A stretch of 31,078 nt of DNA from contig JAQTNI010000011.1 of assembly GCA_028713935.1 (NCBI GenBank), positions 1-31,078 on the forward strand. Reading direction: 5' to 3'. The notes beneath the pieces are model-generated. The model was not told the DNA's origin. It saw only the letters and a list, made by a program, of their open reading frames with translations, and did not search any database. The translations under genes and the position numbers were made by a program. Source of the stretch: Candidatus Iainarchaeum sp. (GTDB lineage: Archaea > Iainarchaeota > Iainarchaeia > Iainarchaeales > GCA-2688035). Positions 9,036 to 16,301 of the stretch are shown here, piece by piece. How positions within the stretch are numbered: the first letter of the stretch is position 1; each line of letters begins with the position of its first letter.

Positions 9036-10706
9036 TCATTTTCCCGCAGAACAGCTTCCGCTTCCTCCGCCTCCGCAGCCGCATCCCCCCTTTGGCTTGG
9101 GCGCCGATGCAACCTGCTGGCTTATTGCCTGCTGTGTTTGTGCAGAGGTTACAACCTTTCCTGTGCTGTCAATGCCTACATCGTCCCTTACAATGAATGT
9201 TCCCTGTATCATTCCCATCCAGCAGCTCCAGTTGATTACGCCGGCTTTTGTCGGGGTAAATTCTATTGTTTGTTCTCCCTGTTTTACTGGAATATTGAGG
9301 TTATATGCTGGCACAATTATTGTTCCATTGCAGCCGTTTACCTGTTTTCCATTAATCACCCATTTTACAGGAATCCCTGTTTTTAGGACAAAGCTGTTCG
9401 GGCTGTAACCTGAGCTGACAACATCCATGCTAATTACCTGATAGCCTGGGCCATTGTTCGGGTTTACTGTTCCTGTTTGCCCTGTATCCCCTGCTGCAAT
9501 CGGAAAAGAAACCTGGTTTCCGCTTAAGGCAAGCCCGTTGTTTATCATGAACAAGCCCATTATCAAGACAATTGCGCCTGACAGCCTTACAATTTTGTTT
9601 TGCATTGTATGGCTTATCAAAGAGGCAAAAACACCAAAGCCAAGCATTGGCATTAATGTCCCTACGGCGAATGCAAGCAATATCTTTGCGCCTCCGATAA
9701 AAGAGCCCGCTGTCATTGCCAGTATATACATTGCCTGCAATGGCCCGCAGGCAATGAACAGGCCGTTTGCAAGCCCAACAAGCATTGGGTTTGAGCTTTT
9801 CTTTAAAGGGCCTATGCGCAGCCTGCTGAAAAATCCCTGGGGCAGGCTAAGCTTTCTCAGAACAGGATGCACATTGAGCATTTTTAATCCGAACAATATC
9901 AAAAATGCGCCTGCAAGAATTGCTATTGCAGCCCTTATTGCAGGGCTGAATACAAATACGCTTCCAATTAACCCAAAAATTCCCCCTATTGCTGAATAGG
10001 AAATTATTTTTCCAAGTGCGTATTGGCCATGAAGGCTAAGGTTAAGCGCTTTCGGGTTTTCCTGCCTTGCCTTTGCAGTATAGCTGAGCACAAAACTTCC
10101 GCACATTCCTATGCAATGGAAGCCTGTCAGCAGCCCAACAAAAAATATTATTACTGCGCTTGTGTTTACATCAAGCTCAGGAATTGAAATATTCATCTGG
10201 CCAAGAGTTGCGGAAACAGCAAAATAAGAAATTATCAGGGCTGCCAAAGCAATTATTCCAATTGCCGCAAAAACCATTTTGTTATTAACTCTGCTTTTGG
10301 AAGGGCTGAGTTCCGAGCCGTATCCTGCTTCTTTTATTGCAGATGCAATTTTTTCAAGGGAAACTTTTTTCGGGTCATAAGTTATTTTTGCAGTGCTCTC
10401 CACGTAACTTGCCTTCACATGCTTTACGCCGGGAATTTTTTCAAGCGATTTTTCAATTCTCTTTTCACAGCTTTCGCAGACCATATTGCTTATCTTTATT
10501 TTTATGTGCTTCAAAGCCGCAGCCTGCACTGCAGGGGCCTGGGCCAGTGTTTCTTCTTGGCTTTCGCTTTGCACCTGGTTATTTGCACTTGTCTCAACAG
10601 CATCTGCAAAAGAGTTTGCTTCTTCCGCTTTAACCTGTTCTTGCTGAAGCTTATTGCTTTCAGCATCAATAATTTTGCCTGGCTCTGTTTGCCCATTTAA
10701 TCCCAT
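9036..10706 (-). CDS. Three-domain metal-handling membrane protein: HMA domain, DsbD_2/TauE-like permease, C-terminal cupredoxin-like domain
   Basis: 556 aa. The HMA motif is MVCESCEKRIEKSL. The polytopic core carries FHCIGMCGSF. The extracytoplasmic C-terminal beta domain reads GIPVKWVINGKQVNGCNGTIIVPAYN...INWSCWMGMIQGTFIV. The tail is Gly/Cys-rich (KGGCGCGGGGSGSCSAGK). Confidence 0.8.
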   Translation of the reverse strand: MGLNGQTEPGKIIDAESNKLQQEQVKAEEANSFADAVETSANNQVQSESQEETLAQAPAVQAAALKHIKIKISNMVCESCEKRIEKSLEKIPGVKHVKASYVESTAKITYDPKKVSLEKIASAIKEAGYGSELSPSKSRVNNKMVFAAIGIIALAALIISYFAVSATLGQMNISIPELDVNTSAVIIFFVGLLTGFHCIGMCGSFVLSYTAKARQENPKALNLSLHGQYALGKIISYSAIGGIFGLIGSVFVFSPAIRAAIAILAGAFLILFGLKMLNVHPVLRKLSLPQGFFSRLRIGPLKKSSNPMLVGLANGLFIACGPLQAMYILAMTAGSFIGGAKILLAFAVGTLMPMLGFGVFASLISHTMQNKIVRLSGAIVLIMGLFMINNGLALSGNQVSFPIAAGDTGQTGTVNPNNGPGYQVISMDVVSSGYSPNSFVLKTGIPVKWVINGKQVNGCNGTIIVPAYNLNIPVKQGEQTIEFTPTKAGVINWSCWMGMIQGTFIVRDDVGIDSTGKVVTSAQTQQAISQQVASAPKPKGGCGCGGGGSGSCSAGK

Positions 10707-10721
10707 TTTACCATCCTCGCT

Positions 10722-10946
10722 TTACCTTGTTTTTTTGCTCTGAGAAACCACTTTATAATTGCCTGTTTCTATTTTTTTGGTTATTTCCTGGATATTAGTT
10801 TCGGTTTCATCAAAATCCACCCTAATTGAATTTTTTTCCCTGCCGGCAGCCACTTCATTTATGCCTTTCAATTCTTCTATGCTCATTTTTATCAGGGACA
10901 CGCAGCTGTTGCAATGGATTCCAGATATTTTAAATTCCGCTATCAT
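10722..10946 (-). CDS. copZ: CopZ-like heavy-metal-associated chaperone
   Basis: 74 aa. It has a GIHCNSC (GxxCxxC) metal-binding loop at the N-terminus of a beta-alpha-beta-beta-alpha-beta-sized protein. Confidence 0.85.
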   Translation of the reverse strand: MIAEFKISGIHCNSCVSLIKMSIEELKGINEVAAGREKNSIRVDFDETETNIQEITKKIETGNYKVVSQSKKTR

Positions 10947-10990
10947 TTTTCTTCCCCATTATCTAACCTGAAATTTGAAATCCAGAATTC

Positions 10991-11395
10991 TCATCTTTGC
11001 CCTGCAGTAATTTTTGCAGGGAATTGCCTGAATATGCCTGCTGCAAGTATCTGCTCTTTTGATGTTTTTGCAGGGTTAAATGACACTTCAAAGTAATTCG
11101 GAAGGCTGAACTGCACTCCTTCGATCCCGGAAATTTTTTTCAATTCCCCTGAACTTAATGGAGCATGGCCCTGGCAGGGAATCTGCACCTGCAGAGTAAT
11201 TTTGCTTATTGAGTTATTTGCAGGATTTGCAGGCAATGTCTGCAGGCCTGTTGAGCCTGCTGAAACATTTGTGAAAAACATTGGCAGGGCAAAGTAAGAA
11301 AATATAATTATTGCAACTGCGATTACGCCAATTTCCGCCAAGGCAATATTGCGCTTATTGCCCTCTCTTATTCCAGTTGAAGTTTTTTCAGGCAT
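10991..11395 (-). CDS. Membrane-anchored HMA-like (ferredoxin-fold) protein with variant CQGH loop
   Basis: 134 aa with one N-terminal TM helix (IGVIAVAIIIFSYFALPMFF). The remainder reads ITLQVQIPCQGHAPLSSGELKKISGIEGVQFSLPNYFEVSFNPAKTSKEQIL. This has HMA-like spacing, but CQGH replaces the CxxC loop. Confidence 0.5.
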   Translation of the reverse strand: MPEKTSTGIREGNKRNIALAEIGVIAVAIIIFSYFALPMFFTNVSAGSTGLQTLPANPANNSISKITLQVQIPCQGHAPLSSGELKKISGIEGVQFSLPNYFEVSFNPAKTSKEQILAAGIFRQFPAKITAGQR

Positions 11396-11450
11396 TCAAA
11401 ATCACCTGAACAAATAGCAGCTGAAACCATTAATATGGCTTGCTGAAACC

Positions 11451-11527
11451 CTGCCCTTTTCTTTCTTGAGAAGAAAGAAAAGTGTAAGTTGCCCAAAAGA
11501 AAGAAGCCTAAACTTTTGATAAACAAG
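11451..11527. repeat. Intergenic repeat element, copy A (perfect 12-bp polypyrimidine/polypurine hairpin plus conserved tail)
   Basis: Sequence: ctgccCTTTTCTTTCTTgagAAGAAAGAAAAGtgtaag...ttgcccaaaagaaagaagcctaaacttttgataaacaag. A second copy lies at 25746-25853. Confidence 0.7.
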
Positions 11528-11536
11528 CAGCACGGA

Positions 11537-12052
11537 TTATTTTGGAATTAGCGCTTCCTGAATGTTTTTTGCCAGTTTTACAATATTTGTTTTCCCATGG
11601 CCTTCAATTTCAATTACTTTCCTGTCTGAAAGCCTCCGGAGAATCCTGTGGCTTTTTAGCTTTCCAATTCCTTCTATGCGCGAAATTTCCGACTGGTAAA
11701 CCTTGCCATTGTTTTCCAGTATTTTTTGCACAACTGTTTTTTCATCCCTGTTCAAAAATTGCACCAATGTTTCGGTCACTTTATTGATTTCTTTTTGCTT
11801 GTTGTCAAGCTTTGAGGACATGAAAAAGAAAATCACTGCGCCAATTACAATGCCCGCAAGGACAAAAACAGGCACAAGGTCTATCAGAAGATTGAGCCTT
11901 TGCTCGTGCTCGCAAACCCCGTCAACAGTGCATGCCTGCGGGTTTGTTGAAATAAGTATTGCGGGCAGGTAAGCAATAATTGCAATTACGCATACCAGCG
12001 CAATCAGGCCTGCAATTGTTTTTTTGCTTGAAAAATCAATTTTTAATTCCAT
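11537..12052 (-). CDS. Membrane-tethered winged-helix transcription regulator (two TM helices plus cytoplasmic wHTH)
   Basis: 171 aa. TM1 spans aa 13-34 and TM2 spans aa 55-77. The predicted outer loop is STNPQACTVDGVCEHEQRLN. The C-terminal wHTH-like segment reads EKTVVQKILENNGKVYQSEISRIEGIGKLKSHRILRRLSDRKVIEIEGHGKTNIV. Confidence 0.7.
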   Translation of the reverse strand: MELKIDFSSKKTIAGLIALVCVIAIIAYLPAILISTNPQACTVDGVCEHEQRLNLLIDLVPVFVLAGIVIGAVIFFFMSSKLDNKQKEINKVTETLVQFLNRDEKTVVQKILENNGKVYQSEISRIEGIGKLKSHRILRRLSDRKVIEIEGHGKTNIVKLAKNIQEALIPK

Positions 12053-12061
12053 AAAAACAAC

Positions 12062-12441
12062 TCATTTTTTCAGATTAGAAAAAAGCAACAGGGCAAAAGA
12101 AGCGTTTTCTCCTGCCTTCAAAGAGTGCTTTGCGTTTTTTTCCAGGTGAATAAATGTGCCTGCAAGCATTGGAATTTTTTTTCCTTTCAGGAAAAAATTC
12201 CTTTGCCTTCAATTACAAAGACAATGCCTTCTTTTGTTGAAGTGTGCTCCGAAATTTCAGTTCCTTTTGCCATGCAGAAAAGCGTGGCATCAATTGTTTT
12301 TGTCCTGAACAATGTTTTGCTTACAATGCCGCCGTTGGAATAAGAAACCAATTCCATTGCATTTTTCCAATTAAGGCTCATTTTTAGCACACATTTCAAT
12401 TTTTCCCAGGTTTTTGAAAGCGAGTGGAACGAGCGCTTCAA
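12062..12441 (-). pseudogene. Cupin-domain gene interrupted by a 1-nt frameshift in a homopolymer
   Basis: The upstream frame ends ...EHTSTKEGIVFVIEGKGIFS* at 12187. My own translation of the -1 frame continues FLKGKKIPMLAGTFIHLEKNAKHSLKAGENASFALLLFSNLKK* and stops at 12062-12064. One extra T in the T6 run (plus-strand A6 at 12192-12197) would fuse both halves into a ~105-aa cupin. The likely ATG is at 12381. Confidence 0.65.
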
Positions 12442-12450
12442 AAAGCTGTG

Positions 12451-12651
12451 TTATTTTTCAATTATTTTGATTGCCTCTACTGGGCAGGCGCTTTCTGCCT
12501 TTTTGTTTTCCTCTATTTCCTTGCCGGAAATTTTTGTTTTTAAAGGCCGTACTTTTTCGCCATTTTCAACCCAGTTGCTGCACACTACTGTGCAGGCCTT
12601 GCAGCCAATGCACTTGTCTTCAAAATATTTTACAACAGCTGTTTTTGCCAT
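12451..12651 (-). CDS. Small single-cluster [4Fe-4S]/[3Fe-4S] ferredoxin
   Basis: 66 aa. It has CIGCKACTVVC (CxxCxxC) plus a distal ACPVEAI Cys-Pro ligand. Confidence 0.8.
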   Translation of the reverse strand: MAKTAVVKYFEDKCIGCKACTVVCSNWVENGEKVRPLKTKISGKEIEENKKAESACPVEAIKIIEK

Positions 12652-12661
12652 TCAATCGCCC

Positions 12662-13171
12662 TTATTCTTTCAGCAATTGCTCAATCATTGCCCGGAATTC
12701 AGCTTTTTCCTTTGCAAGGTCCTGTTCAGCTTCAAAACCATTGCCAATCCTGTAATATTTTCCGCCAAAAACAAATGCAGGAATCCTGCTTTCAGGGCTG
12801 AACTTTTTAAAAATTGCAATTTCAGAATCTGGAATTTTTGTTGTTGCCGCATTGAGAGTGTCTGCGCCAGTGTCTATTTCCCAGTGATAAGCAACAATTT
12901 TTCCCTGCGCAACATATTCCTTCATTGTTGAATCAAAAGTTTCCTTTATCCAGATGCAGTGCGGGCACCAGGTAGTTGAAAACAGCCTTACAACTGGCTT
13001 TCCGTCAATCTTTTCAACAGTTGCATTTTCCTGATAAGAAAAAGTCCCGAATTTTTTTACATCGCCATTGTTGGGCAAAACAAAAAATCCAGTTGCAATT
13101 CCCATGAATGCAATCAGGACAACTGCAATTACTGCGACCCCGATTACAATTCCAATTTTTTTTGTTTCCAT
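12662..13171 (-). CDS. Membrane-anchored extracytoplasmic thioredoxin-fold thiol:disulfide oxidoreductase (CPHC)
   Basis: 169 aa with an N-terminal TM anchor (IGIVIGVAVIAVVLIAFMGIATGFFVL). The active site is WCPHC, and the cis-Pro segment is RIPAFVFGG. Confidence 0.8.
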   Translation of the reverse strand: METKKIGIVIGVAVIAVVLIAFMGIATGFFVLPNNGDVKKFGTFSYQENATVEKIDGKPVVRLFSTTWCPHCIWIKETFDSTMKEYVAQGKIVAYHWEIDTGADTLNAATTKIPDSEIAIFKKFSPESRIPAFVFGGKYYRIGNGFEAEQDLAKEKAEFRAMIEQLLKE

Positions 13172-13175
13172 AAAA

Positions 13176-13490
13176 TCAATCCCCCTTTTCCTGTTTCATT
13201 GCAAGGCACTTTTCGCAATTGCCGGCAACATGCTTTTCAGCAATCCTCATCATTGGCAAAACAGTTTTGTTATTCACAGAATAAAGCCTTTGCCTGCCGT
13301 CCTGTTCTGCATGGACAATCCTGCAGGCATTCATTGAAAGCAAAGCATGTGAAACCTTGCTTCTTTCGGCGTCAAGCGCACCGGCAAGCTCTGTCACTCC
13401 CATTGGCCTTGCCATGAGCTCTTCCAGAATCTGCACCTTGAGCCTGTTTGCAAACATGCCGAAAAAAAGCTGTTTCTCACACCTGCCCAT
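13176..13490 (-). CDS. ArsR-family transcriptional regulator
   Basis: The wHTH reads RLKVQILEELMARPMGVTELAGALDAERSKVSHALLSMNACRIV, with a C-terminal CEKC. The maximal ORF starts at GTG 13508. ATG 13490 is favoured because a TATA-like box lies about 25 nt upstream of it. Confidence 0.8.
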   Translation of the reverse strand: MGRCEKQLFFGMFANRLKVQILEELMARPMGVTELAGALDAERSKVSHALLSMNACRIVHAEQDGRQRLYSVNNKTVLPMMRIAEKHVAGNCEKCLAMKQEKGD

Positions 13491-13510
13491 ATGTGAATTA
13501 TAATTCACGC

Positions 13511-13520
13511 TATTTTTAAA
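13511..13520 (-). promoter_or_regulatory. TATA-like box for the ArsR/thioredoxin/ferredoxin/cupin operon
   Basis: The minus strand reads TTTAAAAATA, centred about 25 nt upstream of ATG 13490. Confidence 0.4.
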
Positions 13521-13526
13521 CCTATG

Positions 13527-15665
13527 TTATTTGCCAGTTTTTTGGCGGCTAGCCAGCACTATTCTCGCATCAACTGCAATCAGTTTTCCGTTTGAAATCA
13601 GCAATGGGTTTATGTCGGCTTCTTCTATTTCTTCCTTGAAATCGTTTGCAAAATTTGAGAATTTTTCAAGTATGCCTGCCAATTCCGCCAAATCCGCCTT
13701 AAACTTGTTCCTGTATCCTTTTAACAGGGAGTAAACCTTTGTCCTCTGGACAATTTGGCAGGGCGCATTTTTTGTCAGGGGAATTAATTCCAGGCTTTTG
13801 TCCTGGTATATTTCCGTTGCTGTTCCCCCAAGCCCAAACAGCAGGACTTTTCCAAAAGTCACATCTGTTTTTTCGCCTATTATCAATTCCAATCCCGAAG
13901 AATCAATCATTTTTTGCACTGTTACTCCTGCAATTTTTGCTTTTGGATTGAATTTTTTTGCACCCGACACAATCTGCAAAAATGCCTTTTCTGCTTCTTT
14001 TTCATTAACAAGGTTTAATGCCACTCCTTTTGCATCTGTTTTGTGGGTTATTTCGTTTGAAACAATTTTCATTGCAACTGGAAACCCTATTTGCCTTGCT
14101 TTCTGCGATGCTTCTCCGTTTGTTTTTGCAAATAGTGTTTCATTAACCGGAATTCCATACGCTTTGAGGATTTCTTTTGATTCCATTTCATTTAGCACTG
14201 CCCTCTTTTGCTTAATGGCTTCTTTTATTACTGCGGAAATTTTTTCCCTGTTTGGCCTCTGAATTGCGGGAATTTCGCAGCTGGGTTGATAAATGTTTTT
14301 TATGTTCTCCCTGTACTGGTTCATGTAACTGAAAACCCGCACTGCCTCTTCAGGGGTTTCAAAACACGGAATATTGTTTTGCTGCAATATTTCCCTGCCT
14401 GATTCAACAAAATTTTCCCCTATCCAGCTTGCAAGAATTGTTTTTCCGGAATTCTTTGCTTTTTCAGTTATTTTTTTTGCAACTTCATCAGGCCTTGAAA
14501 TTGCCTGGGGAGTAAGAATTACAATTATGCAATCAGAATTTTTTTCTTTGAGGGCTGTTTCAAATGCTTTTGCATATCTTTCAGGGGAGGCATCTCCAAG
14601 AATATCCACTGGATTGTTGTGGCTCCAGTTTTTCGGCAAAACCCTGTTGAGTTTTCTCATTGTTTCTCTGGAAAGGAAAGCAAGCCTGCACTTGTTTTTT
14701 ATTATTGCATCTGTTGCCATTACTCCTGGCCCGCCTGCATTTGTTATTACGAGTATCCTGTTTCCTTTTGGAACAGGCTGTTTTGAAAAGGCTTCTGAGC
14801 AGGAAAGCAAATCCTGGATTCCTTCCACCCTTACAATGCCTGCGCTCCTGAATGCCGCGTCAAAAACCTCGTCATTGCCAGCCATTGCGCCCGTGTGTGA
14901 AACAGCCGCTTTTGCGCTTTCTTCAAACCTGCCTGATTTTGCAACAATGATCGGCTTTTTTTTTGCAAATTTTTTTGCTGCTTCCAAAAATTTTTCAGGA
15001 TTTTTCACGCTTTCCATATACACAATAATGCTTTCTATTTCAGTGTCTTTTTCAAGAAAATCAATAATGTCGCCAAACCCAATGTCAAGCATTCCGCCAA
15101 TTGAAATGAAATATTTGAAGCCAACATTTTCCTTCTGGGCCCAATCCAGGATTCCAGAACAAAGAGCGCCTGACTGGCTTACCAAGGCAAGTTTTCCCGG
15201 CAAGGCATTCCTGATTGCAAAACTGGCATTGATTTTTTTGTCAGGTCGTATATAACCAAGGCAATTCGGCCCAAGCAGCCTTATTCCTGTTCCTGCAATT
15301 GCCTGTTTCAATTCTTTTTCAAGGTTAATTCCTTTTGTTCCTATTTCTGAAAAGCCTGAACTGATTACAATTATTGATTTTACTCCTGCAGAAACGCATT
15401 GCCTTGCAATTTTTGGAACTGTAAAGGAAGGGGTTGCAATTATTGCCAAATCAATTTTTTCCGGAACTTGCCCAACGCTTCTGTAACAATGGATTCCAAA
15501 AACACTTTTTCTTTTCGGGTTTACAGGATAAATGCTTCCAGAATAACCGCTTCCGACAAGGTTTTTCATTAATGCCTGGCCAATGCTGTCCTGATGGTCG
15601 CTTGCGCCAATAATCGCAATTGACTTCGGGTCAAACATTTTTTCAAGGGAATCCAAAAAACTCAC
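13527..15665 (-). CDS. ADP-forming acetyl-CoA synthetase (acetate--CoA ligase), fused alpha/beta subunits
   Basis: 712 aa with a GTG start. The N-terminal CoA-binding segment reads PKSIAIIGASDHQDSIGQALMKNL...IYPVNPK. A succinyl-CoA-synthetase-like flavodoxin segment and a C-terminal ATP-grasp part (KEILKAYGIPV...GFPVAMKIVS) follow. Confidence 0.9.
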   Translation of the reverse strand: MSFLDSLEKMFDPKSIAIIGASDHQDSIGQALMKNLVGSGYSGSIYPVNPKRKSVFGIHCYRSVGQVPEKIDLAIIATPSFTVPKIARQCVSAGVKSIIVISSGFSEIGTKGINLEKELKQAIAGTGIRLLGPNCLGYIRPDKKINASFAIRNALPGKLALVSQSGALCSGILDWAQKENVGFKYFISIGGMLDIGFGDIIDFLEKDTEIESIIVYMESVKNPEKFLEAAKKFAKKKPIIVAKSGRFEESAKAAVSHTGAMAGNDEVFDAAFRSAGIVRVEGIQDLLSCSEAFSKQPVPKGNRILVITNAGGPGVMATDAIIKNKCRLAFLSRETMRKLNRVLPKNWSHNNPVDILGDASPERYAKAFETALKEKNSDCIIVILTPQAISRPDEVAKKITEKAKNSGKTILASWIGENFVESGREILQQNNIPCFETPEEAVRVFSYMNQYRENIKNIYQPSCEIPAIQRPNREKISAVIKEAIKQKRAVLNEMESKEILKAYGIPVNETLFAKTNGEASQKARQIGFPVAMKIVSNEITHKTDAKGVALNLVNEKEAEKAFLQIVSGAKKFNPKAKIAGVTVQKMIDSSGLELIIGEKTDVTFGKVLLFGLGGTATEIYQDKSLELIPLTKNAPCQIVQRTKVYSLLKGYRNKFKADLAELAGILEKFSNFANDFKEEIEEADINPLLISNGKLIAVDARIVLASRQKTGK

Positions 15666-15685
15666 TCAACAAATAAGGAATTCGG

Positions 15686-15694
15686 AATATTTAA
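15686..15694 (-). promoter_or_regulatory. TATA-like box upstream of the acetyl-CoA synthetase gene
   Basis: The minus strand reads TTAAATATT, centred 25 nt upstream of GTG 15665. This spacing implies a leaderless mRNA. Confidence 0.4.
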
Positions 15695-15883
15695 TTCTTT
15701 TTTATTGCAGTACAAGGCCCTGTATTTTTTCACAAGCCTTTTGGGTTTTTTATTGCAATTTTTTACTGCAAAATCAATCAATTGTCGATTATTCGGGGTT
15801 TTTGCCATAGATTTAAATATAGATTGAAGAGGTAATTTTTTCAAGCAGTGTGGAAATTCGGCATTTTTTATAGGGGTGATTTG

Positions 15884-16264
15884 ATGGCTGAGAACCTTTT
15901 GTCTCTTAAGATTGGCAATAATTCTGAAATAATGAGTTCAATTGAAAAGTTTGCGGAAGAAAACCAGATTACTTACGGAATTTTTTTAAAAGGAAAAGGC
16001 AAAATAAAGGAAATTAACCTTGTTTCACATGGCCTTCGCGGAAGCATTATTGGCACAAAATCAGAAGGCAGTTTTGAAGTTAACACTGTCAGCGGCCAGA
16101 TCCAGAAAATTGCAGGCGACAAATTCAAAATTGACTTGAGAATGACAATCAGCAGTTCAGGTTTTACAGGGAAAGAAGGCCAATTGATAAACGCAAAAGC
16201 GGCCGCAGGCGGCCTTGAACTGGTAATACAAAAAAAAGACGTCAAAAAAATAATTGAGGCATAA
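15884..16264 (+). CDS. Small soluble protein, tentatively PPC/DUF296-like
   Basis: 126 aa from ATG 15884, preceded by GGGGTGAT (Shine-Dalgarno-like) at 5-nt spacing. Size and the alternating beta-strand pattern (ITYGIFLKGKGKIKEINLV...FEVNTVSGQI...GLELVIQ) resemble PPC-domain proteins. The family call is weak. Confidence 0.55.
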   Translation: MAENLLSLKIGNNSEIMSSIEKFAEENQITYGIFLKGKGKIKEINLVSHGLRGSIIGTKSEGSFEVNTVSGQIQKIAGDKFKIDLRMTISSSGFTGKEGQLINAKAAAGGLELVIQKKDVKKIIEA

Positions 16265-16301
16265 TTTTTTTGTTTTCTGATTGTCTGAAAGGGCTTGCAG
16301 C

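Noticed and set aside
11456-11512. Possible intramolecular triplex (H-DNA or RNA triple helix). In repeat copy A, a third polypurine tract (aaaagaaagaag) mirrors the hairpin arm. On the minus-strand RNA, UUCUUUCUUUU could therefore lie parallel to the purine arm.
   Set aside because: In copy B the hairpin arms have changed (CTTCTTTTCTTT) while the third tract has not (aaaaagaaagaa). The Hoogsteen register is lost there, so the triplex reading is not conserved between the two copies.
15662-15844. A 60-aa Lys-rich ORF on the minus strand overlaps the acetyl-CoA synthetase start (GTGA overlap).
   Set aside because: It occupies the divergent promoter region. TATA-like boxes for both flanking genes lie inside it (TTAAATATT at 15686-15694, TTTAAATATA at 15811-15820). 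It has no recognisable motif and its composition matches AT-rich intergenic DNA.
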